Both the position numbers and the translations under genes were made by a program. The notes beneath the pieces were generated by a model. That model was not told where the DNA came from. It saw only the letters and a program-made list of their open reading frames with translations, and made no database searches. This document shows, piece after piece, positions 54,368 to 64,000 of a stretch of DNA of 64,000 bases. Location: NCBI GenBank assembly GCA_944321825.1, contig CALUMU010000006.1, positions 44,126 through 108,125 on the forward strand, read 5' to 3'. Position 1 is the stretch's first letter; the number at the start of each line of letters is the position of its first letter. The stretch is from Candidatus Amulumruptor caecigallinarius. GTDB taxonomy: Bacteria > Bacteroidota > Bacteroidia > Bacteroidales > Muribaculaceae.

Positions 54368-57247
54368 TTACAGGGTCTTTTTAACTTCAACTTCCTCGAA
54401 TGCTTCTATCATATCGCCCTCCTGGATGTCGTTATATCCGGCGATTGAAAGGCCGCAGTCATATCCTGAAATGACCTCTTTGACATCGTCCTTGAAGCGT
54501 TTGAGAGAGCCCAAATCGCCCGTATAGCGCACGATGCCGTCACGGATGAGACGTACCTTGCTGCCACGTTTGATTTTGCCTTCGCGGACGATTGCTCCGG
54601 CGATGGTGCCCACTTTGGAGATATGGTAAACCTGGAGCACCTCCGCAGTTCCTGTGATCTCCTCCTTGAGTTCGGGTGCGAGCATACCTTCCATGGCATC
54701 CTTGACCTCCTCGATAGCCTGATAGATGACCGAGTAGAGGCGGATTTCTACGCCGTCACGTTCGGCTGCACGGCGTGCTGCAAGCGAAGGCCGCACTTGG
54801 AAGCCTATGATGATGGCATCGGATGCTGCTGCCAGAGTGACATCGCTTTCGGAAATTTCTCCGACAGCCTTATGAAGCACGTTGACCTGGATTTCATCGG
54901 TAGAGAGCTTGATGAGCGAGTCCGACAGAGCTTCAATCGAGCCGTCAACGTCGCCCTTGACGATGATGTTGAGTTCCTGGAAGTTGCCTATGATGCGACG
55001 GCGGCCTATGTCTTCGAGTGTGAGTCGCTTGGCAGTACGCATACCCTGTTCGCGCTGGAGCTGTTCGCGTTTGCTTGCTATCTCGCGTGCTTCCTGCTCC
55101 GACTCCATGACATTGAACGTGTCGCCGGCTGTAGGAGCGCCGTTGAGGCCGAGTATGAGTACGGGTGTAGCCGGCCCGGCTTCGGTGATACGCTGGTTGC
55201 GTTCGTTGAACATCGCCTTGACCTTGCCGTAGTGTGTGCCGGCGAGGATGATGTCGCCGATGCGGAGCGTACCGTTGCTGACGAGCACCGTTGCTACATA
55301 TCCACGGCCTTTGTCAAGCGAAGACTCGATGATGGAACCTGTGGCTTTGCGGTTAGGATTGGCTTTGAGGTCAAGCAGTTCGGCTTCTAACAGCACTTTT
55401 TCCATCAGTTCCTCTACGCCGATACCTTTCTTGGCTGAGATGTCCTGGCTCTGGTATTTGCCGCCCCAGTCTTCCACGAGGTAGTTCATCGCAGCGAGCT
55501 GCTCTTTGATTTTGTCAGGATTAGCTGCCGGCTTATCTATCTTATTGATGGCAAATACTATGGGTACTCCGGCTGCCGACGCATGATTGAGTGCCTCGAC
55601 GGTCTGCGGCATGACATCATCGTCGGCTGCAACGATGACAATCACGATGTCGGTCACTTTGGCTCCTCGGGCGCGCATGGCCGTGAAAGCTTCGTGGCCG
55701 GGAGTGTCAAGGAACGTGATGTGCCGTCCGTCGGACAGCTTGACATTGTATGCGCCTATATGCTGGGTGATGCCACCGGCCTCGCCGGCTATCACGTTGG
55801 CATTGCGGATGTAGTCGAGGAGAGAGGTCTTGCCGTGGTCGACGTGTCCCATGACGGTGACGATGGGCGGGCGGGTCTCCAGATCCTCCTCTTTGTCCTC
55901 TTCCTGATGTATGGCCTCAACCACTTCGGCTGAGACGTATTCGGTCTTGAATCCGAACTCATCGGCCACGATATTGATGGTTTCGGCATCGAGACGCTGG
56001 TTGATGGACACCATGACGCCGAGGTTCATACAAGTGGCGATGACGTTGTTGATGGGGACATCCATCATGGACGCGAGGTCGTTGGCTGTCACAAATTCGG
56101 TGAGCTTGAGCACCTTGTTTTCGGCGGCTTCGAGTTGCGCAGCCTCACGTTCGCGGTTGGCAAATGCCTCACGCTTTTCTTTACGCCACTTGGCACTCTT
56201 CTTCTGGCCTTTATCTTTGTTGGTCAGACGCGCCAGAGTGTCTTTAACCTGCTTCTGTACGTCCTCCTCCTTGATTTCAACGTGCTGGGGACGTTTGGGC
56301 TCGTTCTTGCGCTCGTTGCCGCGTCGGTTGCTCTGCTGGTTGCCGCCTCGGCGTTCGCCACCGCCGCCCTGCTGGGTCTGCCCATGACGCTCGATGTCGA
56401 CCTTCTCGCGTCCGCTGATGCGTTTGCGTTTATGGCGTTCGCCAGAAGCATTGCCGTCGCCTGATTTGCGTTGGTCTTTGCTTTTCTTCTTCGGACGTGT
56501 GGTCTGATTGATGGTGTCAAGGTCGATTTTTCCTACGATGTTGAGCTTCGGCCCCTGTATGGGAGTGCCTGTGGTGAATACAGCACCCTCTTTCGGGCTG
56601 GTTTCAGCAGCCGGCTGGTCATTGGATGGAGTCTCGGCTACAGGCTTGGGCGCAGGTTTGCTGTCGGTCTCCGCAGCAGCTTCTTTCTCTGCTTTTGCTG
56701 GAACTTCTTGCTGCTTCGCAGGGGAGTCGCTATCTGTTTCTGCCGCCTGCTTGGGTTCTGTGGCTGAAGGACGCTCCGGTGCTGCATCAGCCTGCTTGGG
56801 CTGCTCCGGTTTTATCTCAGACTGAGGCTTGGGAGCAGGGGTGTCGGCAGGTTTGCTGTCATCTCTGCTGATGTCGGCGGGCTGGCTCTCAGGTGCGGTT
56901 TCCTTGGGTTCGGGGATGGGCTTCCCTGTAGCCAGGTCGATACGGCCGAGAACGCGGGGAGCCGAGGGGTGTGAAACCTTGATTTCCACCTCTTCTTTGG
57001 CCGGAGCCTCCTTGGGTGCCTGTGGGGCGGCTTTCTCTTTCTGACGGTCGGCAGCCTGACGGTCGGAGCGTGATTTCAGAGCCTGGTCGGGCTGAAACTC
57101 TCTGGCCAGCAGGTCGTATGCATCATCGTCAATGCGAGAGTTGGGGTTGTCGTCGATAGTGATGTTTTTTTTGCGCAAGAATTCCACAGCAGTCTGTACT
57201 GATATGTTGAAATCCTTTGCTACTTTGCTGATTTTCGTTCTCGCCAT
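54368..57247 (-). CDS. infB: translation initiation factor IF-2
   Basis: 959 aa. The N-terminal region is low-complexity and rich in Pro/Ala/Lys/Glu. The G domain has [22 protein letters not shown] and NKID, followed by a C-terminal beta-barrel. Confidence 0.95.
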   Translation of the reverse strand: MARTKISKVAKDFNISVQTAVEFLRKKNITIDDNPNSRIDDDAYDLLAREFQPDQALKSRSDRQAADRQKEKAAPQAPKEAPAKEEVEIKVSHPSAPRVLGRIDLATGKPIPEPKETAPESQPADISRDDSKPADTPAPKPQSEIKPEQPKQADAAPERPSATEPKQAAETDSDSPAKQQEVPAKAEKEAAAETDSKPAPKPVAETPSNDQPAAETSPKEGAVFTTGTPIQGPKLNIVGKIDLDTINQTTRPKKKSKDQRKSGDGNASGERHKRKRISGREKVDIERHGQTQQGGGGERRGGNQQSNRRGNERKNEPKRPQHVEIKEEDVQKQVKDTLARLTNKDKGQKKSAKWRKEKREAFANREREAAQLEAAENKVLKLTEFVTANDLASMMDVPINNVIATCMNLGVMVSINQRLDAETINIVADEFGFKTEYVSAEVVEAIHQEEDKEEDLETRPPIVTVMGHVDHGKTSLLDYIRNANVIAGEAGGITQHIGAYNVKLSDGRHITFLDTPGHEAFTAMRARGAKVTDIVIVIVAADDDVMPQTVEALNHASAAGVPIVFAINKIDKPAANPDKIKEQLAAMNYLVEDWGGKYQSQDISAKKGIGVEELMEKVLLEAELLDLKANPNRKATGSIIESSLDKGRGYVATVLVSNGTLRIGDIILAGTHYGKVKAMFNERNQRITEAGPATPVLILGLNGAPTAGDTFNVMESEQEAREIASKREQLQREQGMRTAKRLTLEDIGRRRIIGNFQELNIIVKGDVDGSIEALSDSLIKLSTDEIQVNVLHKAVGEISESDVTLAAASDAIIIGFQVRPSLAARRAAERDGVEIRLYSVIYQAIEEVKDAMEGMLAPELKEEITGTAEVLQVYHISKVGTIAGAIVREGKIKRGSKVRLIRDGIVRYTGDLGSLKRFKDDVKEVISGYDCGLSIAGYNDIQEGDMIEAFEEVEVKKTL

Positions 57248-57313
57248 ATATCGTTTTAGGGGTTGTCGTTATTGGGATTATAAGAAGAGGAGAGGATGGA
57301 TGTGGCGACGGTT

Positions 57314-58732
57314 TTACTCGGCTTTTTTCTCGGCTTCGTCGGCTACTTCATCAGTGTCATCATCGGTCTTTTCGGCCTCGGAAACTGTTTCTTCGGTGTT
57401 TGCCTCAGTGTCGGCGTTTGCTTCAGCAGCATCTTGCCTTGCTTCTGCCTCGGCAGAAGCATCGGTGGTGTCATCGTCGTCGTCAAACTCGGCTTTGAGT
57501 ACCGCCAATACATTGTCGACTGTTTCTTCTTCAAGGTCGGCTTTGTCGATGAGTACCTGACGGGGTGTGTTGAGTACGCTTTTAGCTGTGACACAGCCGA
57601 TGTTTTTGAGCGTGTCGATAACCCAAGGTTCTATTTCGTCCTTAAATTCGTCAAGATATATGTCTTCCTCGTATGCCTCCTCGGTGTCGCGATATACATC
57701 TATCACATATCCGGTGAGCATTGATGCGAGCTTGATGTTAAGACCTCCCTTGCCGATGGCGAGCGAAACCTCTTCGGGGCGCAGGAACACTTCGGCTTTC
57801 TTTTCCTCTTCGTCAAGCCTGATTGAGGATATGCGGGCTGGGCTCAACGCACGCTGGATGAAAAGCGACGGGTTGGAAGTATAGTTGATGACATCGATAT
57901 TCTCGTTGCGGAGCTCGCGCACGATGCCGTGGATGCGTGAGCCTTTGACACCTACGCAGGCTCCTACCGGGTCGATGCGGTCGTCATAGCTTTCTACGGC
58001 AATCTTGGCGCGTTCGCCCGGGATGCGGGCCACGGCGCGGATATTGATGAGGCCGTCATGTATCTCCGGCACTTCAAGCTCGAAAAGACGGCGCAGGAAG
58101 TTGTTGCTTGTGCGCGATACGGTAATCTTGGGGTTGTTGTTCTTGTTGTCGACGCTTGAGATTACAGCCCTTACTGTCTCGCCCTTGCGGAAGTAATCTC
58201 CTGGGATGGATTCGCTTTTGGGCAGCAGCAGCTCGTTTTTGTCGTCGTCGAGCAGAAGGGTTTCTTTAGACCATGTCTGATAGACTTCGCCGGTGACGAT
58301 TTCGCCTTCGAGCTCCTTGAACTTGGCATATATGTTTTCCTTCTGGAGGTCGAGGATTTTGCTTTGGAGGGTCTGGCGCAGGTTGAGGATGGCGCGGCGG
58401 CCGAAGTCCGCAAAGAATATCTCCTTGGTGTGTTCCTCTCCGATTTCCACATCGGGGTCGTGGTCAGCGCGTGCGTCGCTCAGTCCGATTTGTGTGTTGG
58501 GGTCGGTCACCGTCCCGTCGGGCACGACTTCGAGGTTCTGGAATATCTGCACGTCGCCTTTGTCAGGGTTCATGATGACATCGAGGTTTTCGTCGGTGCC
58601 AAACATTTTGGCGAGCACGTTGCGGAAAGATTCTTCCAGCACACTGATCATAGTGGCTTTGTCGATGTTCTTAAGTTCCTTAAATTCGGCAAAACGCTCC
58701 ACCATGTTAGGAGCTTCTACTTTCTTGGCCAT
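57314..58732 (-). CDS. nusA: transcription termination/antitermination factor NusA with acidic C-terminal tail
   Basis: 472 aa with an S1 domain (GEIVTGEVYQ) and KH domains (RIDPVGACVGVKGSRI; LAIGKGGLNIKLAS). The last 55 or so residues are Asp/Glu/Ala-rich. Confidence 0.95.
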   Translation of the reverse strand: MAKKVEAPNMVERFAEFKELKNIDKATMISVLEESFRNVLAKMFGTDENLDVIMNPDKGDVQIFQNLEVVPDGTVTDPNTQIGLSDARADHDPDVEIGEEHTKEIFFADFGRRAILNLRQTLQSKILDLQKENIYAKFKELEGEIVTGEVYQTWSKETLLLDDDKNELLLPKSESIPGDYFRKGETVRAVISSVDNKNNNPKITVSRTSNNFLRRLFELEVPEIHDGLINIRAVARIPGERAKIAVESYDDRIDPVGACVGVKGSRIHGIVRELRNENIDVINYTSNPSLFIQRALSPARISSIRLDEEEKKAEVFLRPEEVSLAIGKGGLNIKLASMLTGYVIDVYRDTEEAYEEDIYLDEFKDEIEPWVIDTLKNIGCVTAKSVLNTPRQVLIDKADLEEETVDNVLAVLKAEFDDDDDTTDASAEAEARQDAAEANADTEANTEETVSEAEKTDDDTDEVADEAEKKAE

Positions 58733-58782
58733 CTCGTTGAGTATCTAAAGTGTGTATTTATTGATTCGTTGGTTAGTGTGTC

Positions 58783-59247
58783 TCAGAATTTGATGTCGTA
58801 TGTCACGCTCTTGGTGTCGGCTATGGGCATCACGATGTCTTCATCGACCATTTCCGGGCGTTTTTTGCCCTCAAGCTTCACTTTCTTGGATATTGTGAAT
58901 GTAAAAGTGCTGTCGGAGACATCCTTAAGTACGCCTTTGAGCTTGCGGCCGTCACGTGTCAACACGATAATGTCGTTACCTATGTTTTTGAAATACTGGC
59001 CTTTGACTTTAAACGGTGAGGTCAGTCCGGCACTTCCCACTTCCAGCTCATAGTCTTCGACATCACGGTCTGCTTCAGCCTCTATGGCCCGTGTTATATG
59101 CGTACAGGTGTCGATGTCGACCCCTGTCGGGTTGTCGATTTCGACAGTCACCTTGTTGTCGGGGGTTATGTTGACATCTACTAAAAATATGTCGGTATCT
59201 TTGATTGCTTTTTCAACCGCATCAATGATAAGCTGTTTGTCAATCAT
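58783..59247 (-). CDS. rimP: ribosome maturation factor RimP
   Basis: 154 aa in the conserved rimP-nusA-infB order, with a YELEVGSAGLTSPF motif. Confidence 0.85.
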   Translation of the reverse strand: MIDKQLIIDAVEKAIKDTDIFLVDVNITPDNKVTVEIDNPTGVDIDTCTHITRAIEAEADRDVEDYELEVGSAGLTSPFKVKGQYFKNIGNDIIVLTRDGRKLKGVLKDVSDSTFTFTISKKVKLEGKKRPEMVDEDIVMPIADTKSVTYDIKF

Positions 59248-59480
59248 TTTTTAGAATAATATGAAAATACATCCTTCGGGTGAATACCTAAACAAAAAAG
59301 AGAAGGCTGTTGGCCCCCTCCGCTCGCGGTGTTAGGAATAGTGCAAATTTAAGATTTTTTATTGTCAATGCCAAACCACATGTTGTCATTATGGTTCCGT
59401 AAAACTGCACGCGGCAATACTTTTAACCAAATATAACAGACGTGGTGTAATATTAGATTATTTTAACGACAAATAATGAT

Positions 59481-59520
59481 GTACAAGCGACGGTGTTGCG
59501 GATTATGCCGTCGCTTGTAC
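59481..59520 (-). terminator. hairpin terminator after the lytic transglycosylase gene
   Basis: GTACAAGCGACGG-(14 nt)-CCGTCGCTTGTAC, followed on the minus strand by ATCATTATTTGTC. Confidence 0.6.
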
Positions 59521-59538
59521 ATGCCGTTATATGCTAAC

Positions 59539-61455
59539 TTATTTCCTTGGGATAGTGAGCTTTTGCCCTGGGCGGATCATGGAGCCTTTAATGCCGTTGG
59601 CACGTTGCAGGGCTTTTACGGTGGTGCCGTTGCGCTTTGCTATGCGGTCAAGTGTATCGCCTGATTTTACTGTATATCTTTTGGGTTTGGATGTCTTTTT
59701 GGTGCGTTTCTTTGTCGCTTTTTTCTTTTTATTGTCGTCCGCTTTTTTTATTGTCCGTTTTGTTGTGGCGGTCTGCTTGCTGCCGATTGAGCTGTCGGTT
59801 GCAGATGCGGATTGCGCATGTGGCATTGAGGATGCAGAAGCGGTCTCAGAAGCTCTGTCCGTTGATGCATATACCCTGCGCTGCGGGACGCTCGGCGAGG
59901 TTTTGTCGGCTTGCGCTTGACTCTCTTGGGCGGTCTTTGGCGAAGGCACTATGGTGGCTGACGTTTCCTGCTTAGGCGCTGGAGCTGGTACTTGCGGCAT
60001 GGTCTCCATGGAGCGGCGGCGTGGAGCCGGTACGTCTGTACGGCTTGCTACGAGGGCTTCGGTGTCGAGCTGGCTGCGGCTCGGTATGGCGGTGAGGTCA
60101 GCTTCGTATGTTTCGATGATGAGTCGGTCGCCCTCTTTGACTTTTCCTCGGCGCAGGTTGTTCCAACGCTTTATGTCTGTAGCACTCACGCCATATTGGC
60201 GGGCTATGTCGCGGAGGTTTTCTCCCCGGCTGACTACATGTGTCTTCTGGATGGGGCGTTCCGAGAAGTTCTGTATTAAATCGAGGTTATAAGTCGCGTT
60301 GAGGCTTTGGGCCATGTCGGGTTGCTCTGCTCCCGGGTCTATGTATTCAAGACCTTCACTGCCGTCGTTGGCTGTGTTGGGCTCTACATATGTGCGCCGG
60401 CGGTATATGTCTTCGTCATAAGCAAGTATCTGTGGCTCGCTCATGACATAGCTGAGTACCTGCTGGGATGGGAGTACGAGGGTGTACGGCTTATTGTCGC
60501 CAGGGATTATGTCTTTGCGGTACTGTGGGTTGAGCATCCTTATTTCATCGATAGGGATGTTGAGCACCTGGGCTATCTGGTTGAAGTGTACGCGTTTGTT
60601 GACTGTTACCGTGTCTGTCACAAGCTGTCGGCTTACCACCCGTGGCTGTATGTTGTGTTCGGTATAGTAATTCATCGCATAGTTGGCAGCAATGAAGGCC
60701 GGTACATATCCTCGGGTCTCTGCTGGCAGGAAGCGGTATATCTCCCAGAAATCCTTTTTGCCTCCGCCGGCGCGTCTCAACGCTTTGTTGACATTGCCGG
60801 GGCCGCAGTTGTATGCTGCGATGGCGAGTGACCAGTCTGTGTAGATGTTGTAGAGTTGCTTGAGGTATGTGGCGGCATTGCGCGATGATGAGCGCGGGTC
60901 GCGGCGTTCGTCGACGAGCGAGTTGACTTCCATGCCGAGACCTTTGGCTGTAGCCGGCATGAACTGCCACAGTCCGGCGGCTCCGGCACGGCTGACTGCG
61001 TTGGGCTTGAGTGCGCTTTCTATCACGGGGAGGTATTGTAGCTCGGTAGGCATACCTTGCTTCTCGAGTTCTTCGAGGAAAATATTGCCGTAATAATTAT
61101 GGAGGGCGAGCATGTCGCTAACCATGGCGCGGCGTTTGCCGACATACATGTCGATGTATTTGCCTACTATCGAGTTGTATGGCATTTCGATCTCTGTGGG
61201 GAGTTTGCTCAGCCGTTCTTCGTATTCTTGGGGGGTGCCGAGCTTCTGAGGTGTCTCATCGCTTGAGGCAGCCGTGGCATAGTTACGGAGGTAGAAGCTT
61301 TCCTCTAACTCTCGGCATTGCGTCTCGAAGCTTTCGGGTGGGATGATGTTGTCGTCGGTGATTGAGTGCTTGATGTCGAGTATTGACGGCGCAGCCACTG
61401 CGCAGGTGGCGGTGGCGAGGGTTATTAAAAATGCTGAGATGCGATTTTTCATCAT
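59539..61455 (-). CDS. lytic transglycosylase (MltD-like, SLT domain) with two C-terminal LysM domains
   Basis: 638 aa with a signal peptide and an SLT catalytic block (ESALKPNAVSRAGAAGLWQFMPATAK..AYNCGPGNV). The LysM domains are HVVSRGENLRDIARQYGVS.. and YTVKSGDTLDRIAKRNGTT.., separated by a Lys/Thr-rich linker. Confidence 0.85.
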   Translation of the reverse strand: MMKNRISAFLITLATATCAVAAPSILDIKHSITDDNIIPPESFETQCRELEESFYLRNYATAASSDETPQKLGTPQEYEERLSKLPTEIEMPYNSIVGKYIDMYVGKRRAMVSDMLALHNYYGNIFLEELEKQGMPTELQYLPVIESALKPNAVSRAGAAGLWQFMPATAKGLGMEVNSLVDERRDPRSSSRNAATYLKQLYNIYTDWSLAIAAYNCGPGNVNKALRRAGGGKKDFWEIYRFLPAETRGYVPAFIAANYAMNYYTEHNIQPRVVSRQLVTDTVTVNKRVHFNQIAQVLNIPIDEIRMLNPQYRKDIIPGDNKPYTLVLPSQQVLSYVMSEPQILAYDEDIYRRRTYVEPNTANDGSEGLEYIDPGAEQPDMAQSLNATYNLDLIQNFSERPIQKTHVVSRGENLRDIARQYGVSATDIKRWNNLRRGKVKEGDRLIIETYEADLTAIPSRSQLDTEALVASRTDVPAPRRRSMETMPQVPAPAPKQETSATIVPSPKTAQESQAQADKTSPSVPQRRVYASTDRASETASASSMPHAQSASATDSSIGSKQTATTKRTIKKADDNKKKKATKKRTKKTSKPKRYTVKSGDTLDRIAKRNGTTVKALQRANGIKGSMIRPGQKLTIPRK

Positions 61456-61500
61456 GGATTTATAATACGAGAGAGATGTGTGTGCTAATAAAACGGTTGT

Positions 61501-62319
61501 TTAGAAATTCAGCGCCCATTGCATGCCTACGCCCGGAAATGTGGACCGTGCATCGGGAATGACTGCGGGAGCCACGTCCATGGACAGGTCCGGGGTGATG
61601 TCGAAATGAGAGAGAGATGCATCTACATAAGCATCGACTATGGCGAGGAGGTACACTCCAACCATGGATATGATGCAGAGGTCTCTGTTGCGCCGGTACA
61701 TCTTGCGCCTACTGTCGAATATGCGTTGCAGGTCGGCTGTATTGTAGTCGTCAAGTGTGGTTCCTTTGGCCAAAAAGTCGAGGTAGCTCTGAGACGAAGG
61801 GTCTCCGTCAACGAGGTCGACATATGCGCGTGTGTAGTCGCGCAGCATCTTGTTGTTCCATGCGGTGCCGTATCCGAGTCCCATGAACCCGCCTACGATG
61901 ATAGGCAGCTTCCAGAACCGGCGGTTGTACACCTGTCCGAGTCCCGGACATAACACGCTTAACCAGACTGCACGGGTCGGGTCGGGATTGAAAGTCTTGA
62001 CACCCAAGGTGTCGTCATCCCAGCCCGCTTCATCGGCTGGAGCTGTGAGAGCCAGTTCGGATCCGAATATCGGCTCTGCATCGGCTACGCTGTCGTTCGC
62101 AATGTCCTGCGACGGGATGATGCCGATTTGTAGCGAGTCGGGCAGCTCCCGGATCGGGGTCTCGCGGTGGGAAGTGCGTCCGGCTGGTTTCCGGCCTGCC
62201 GGCTTGGGGTCATCGTCAGCCCATGCTGCAGCTGCCTGCGACAGTACAAGCAGAAGCGTCAGAGCCATTGCCATAAAACGTGACGGAATATGTTTGAAGC
62301 CGTTAGCCGAAATGTTCAT
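61501..62319 (-). CDS. DUF5683-like membrane protein
   Basis: 272 aa with VWLSVLCPGLGQVYNRRFWKLPIIVGGFMGLGY, typical of DUF5683. It lies upstream of the transglycosylase gene, as in many Bacteroidetes. Confidence 0.6.
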   Translation of the reverse strand: MNISANGFKHIPSRFMAMALTLLLVLSQAAAAWADDDPKPAGRKPAGRTSHRETPIRELPDSLQIGIIPSQDIANDSVADAEPIFGSELALTAPADEAGWDDDTLGVKTFNPDPTRAVWLSVLCPGLGQVYNRRFWKLPIIVGGFMGLGYGTAWNNKMLRDYTRAYVDLVDGDPSSQSYLDFLAKGTTLDDYNTADLQRIFDSRRKMYRRNRDLCIISMVGVYLLAIVDAYVDASLSHFDITPDLSMDVAPAVIPDARSTFPGVGMQWALNF

Positions 62320-62480
62320 TTTTCAAAATATCCGAAAGCGGATGCGAAACTACGCCGGGGCATGGTGTGGGATGCCACTACGTTAGGGCAAAAATAGCCA
62401 ATAATCTCTGTATGTGCAAGATTGGCTGTCCCTTTTAAATTTTTTTGACGGCTTGCGGCTCTTGAGCGGCTCTATCCTTG

Positions 62481-64000
62481 TCATGGACGGCCATGCCCTG
62501 GGGGAGGACCGCCCGGACCGCGTCGGAAACCGTTGTTGATTTGGGGTTCGTTGCCTTTGCCGAAGCTGTTGAACGTGTAGGACAATGTCACCATTGCATA
62601 TCGGGTCAGTGTGTTGAAGCGGCTGTCGTCGATGTAGTTGGCTGTGACGCTGCGCTGCACGTTGCTGCGTTGTCCGAGTATGTCGTATCCTTTAAGTGTG
62701 AGTGTGGCGGCCTTGTTGCGCAGGAACTGGTAGCCTATCGATGCGTTCCACATCCACACGTTGTCGTCATAGCCTGATGCGTAGCCCTTGGTGCCTTCGT
62801 ATGACAGCTCGCTGGTCAGCACGATGCCCCACGGTGTGTACCACGATGCATTGAAGTTCGCCCCGTAGGTGTGGACGGTCATATTCCCGACAGAGGGGAG
62901 GGAGTTGGCGGTGTGCTGCATGGAGTACCGTGGGCGTAGCTCGAGGTCTATGTCTTTGGGTCGCCAGGCTATAGAGGGGGAAAGGTTGAGCCTGAAAGTC
63001 CCGCTACCGTTGCGGAGTCCGTTGTTGAAGCCTATCTGGCGGTCGTAACTGAGCATGATGTGGCTTGTCATCAGCCACATCTTTGATGAGCCGAGGGGCT
63101 GGGACAGCATGTTCATAAGGCGCATATTCCATACTCCGTTGACATTTTCATATGTCGTGCGCCGGGCGCCTGTCAGGTCATCGAATGTGGTGCGCGAAAC
63201 GACGCTGTTCTGCACCACGTTGCCCATTAGCATCACGAGGATAGAACGTTGCGCATCGGCATTGTAGTCCTGGAAGCGCATGTGCATACGGTGTGTAAAC
63301 GATGGGTCAAGATTCGGGTTACCGACGATTACATTCATGGGGTCGCTTTCATCTGCCACGGGCTGCAGCTGGGTGAGCGAGGGTTGCGACGAGCGTCCTG
63401 AATAATTTATGCGCATGGAGCGTGTCTTGTTCCAGTTGTGGCGGTAGCGCAGATATGGGGCTACATTGAGCACATGGCGGGTGGGGATGCTGCGGGCCTC
63501 GTCGAGAAGGTTGACGCTGGTGCTGTTCTGCGGGACGAGCGATATGCCCGCATCTATATTATATTTGGTGGTTATACGCTTGAATCCGATGCGTATATCC
63601 TGATTGAAGTAATTGTTGCGGAAGCGGTTGCTGAGATTGTCCGAAGGGAGATATGAGCCGGTATCTGCATCGTAAACGTCGATGAGGCGGTCGGCGTTGT
63701 TCCATCGGTAGTCGGCCTGGTATGCTGCTGTCAAGAAGTTGCCTTTGCGCCCTATGGGTTCGGTCCACGTGATACGTCCCGAAAGGCGGTCGGTCCATTC
63801 GTGGTCGTCGCCGAGCTGGTCGGATGTCTCGTCGCCGTCGATGCCTGTGGCGGAAGCGGCCTCTTCAAGCAGGAGCCGTGTCAGCGAGTAGTCGTCACTG
63901 TAGCTACGCTGGTTGGAGTGGCTGAGATTGGCTGTCACAGACAGCGAACGGCCGCGTTTAGAGGCGAACGCATGCGAATATATCACGCGGGTGCTTACCT
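62481..64000 (-). CDS. outer-membrane beta-barrel (TonB-dependent receptor-like) protein; partial, the N-terminus lies right of the window
   Basis: The reading frame is open to the window edge. It shows alternating beta-strand pattern, YRWNN/NYSGRSSQPSLTQLQP blocks, and ends in ..TLSYTFNSFG plus a Gly/Pro-rich tail. Confidence 0.6.
   Translation of the reverse strand, partial: VSTRVIYSHAFASKRGRSLSVTANLSHSNQRSYSDDYSLTRLLLEEAASATGIDGDETSDQLGDDHEWTDRLSGRITWTEPIGRKGNFLTAAYQADYRWNNADRLIDVYDADTGSYLPSDNLSNRFRNNYFNQDIRIGFKRITTKYNIDAGISLVPQNSTSVNLLDEARSIPTRHVLNVAPYLRYRHNWNKTRSMRINYSGRSSQPSLTQLQPVADESDPMNVIVGNPNLDPSFTHRMHMRFQDYNADAQRSILVMLMGNVVQNSVVSRTTFDDLTGARRTTYENVNGVWNMRLMNMLSQPLGSSKMWLMTSHIMLSYDRQIGFNNGLRNGSGTFRLNLSPSIAWRPKDIDLELRPRYSMQHTANSLPSVGNMTVHTYGANFNASWYTPWGIVLTSELSYEGTKGYASGYDDNVWMWNASIGYQFLRNKAATLTLKGYDILGQRSNVQRSVTANYIDDSRFNTLTRYAMVTLSYTFNSFGKGNEPQINNGFRRGPGGPPPGHGRP

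Noticed and set aside
56200-57050. Repetitive-looking DNA (recurrent GCTG/CGGC/CTTG blocks) that might be a tandem repeat or array.
   Set aside because: It is the coding sequence of the low-complexity Pro/Ala/Lys/Glu-rich N-terminal region of IF-2. There is no regular period or spacer structure, and it is not CRISPR-like.

Overview
This is a chromosomal, mostly housekeeping stretch of a Bacteroidota genome, most likely order Bacteroidales. The taxon call rests on Bacteroidetes-only families (DUF4290, DUF4293, DUF4924, DUF5683, DUF6377, TamL-like lipoprotein), recurrent TAnnTTTG -7 boxes and weak Shine-Dalgarno usage. GC looks mid-50s % by eye, which fits a Muribaculaceae-like genome, but that is inference only. 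I support about 56 protein genes:
- Translation and RNA: rpsA, infB, nusA, rimP, rimM, mtaB, RNase G, and a 29-aa bS22-like ORF that is absent from the ORF track.
- Central metabolism: gdhA, maeB, tkt, pfkA, upp, galM, dxr, menA, folB, folK, and nadE (partial at the left edge).
- Envelope: three GT2 glycosyltransferases, an LpxL-type acyltransferase, OmpA, TamL-like, MltD/LysM and a UbiA-type prenyltransferase.
- Transporters and several regulators.

I found no rRNA, tRNA, CRISPR array, integrase, transposase or phage gene. Nothing here is a clear multi-gene novel system. The best leads, in order:
1. A single-gene ABC-ATPase + DUF4435/Toprim protein (OLD / merged-PARIS-like) whose start abuts a MITE and whose stop overlaps menA.
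2. A 194-bp MITE present twice, plus an orphan end.
3. A promoter-plus-terminator-bounded candidate RNA of about 240 nt in a 594-bp convergent gap.
4. A short repeat family (GGCTCAAAAAT, and a shared 20-mer).
5. A low-GC single-gene insertion (DUF3943-like).

All family assignments come from motif recognition in the translations. No database search was run.
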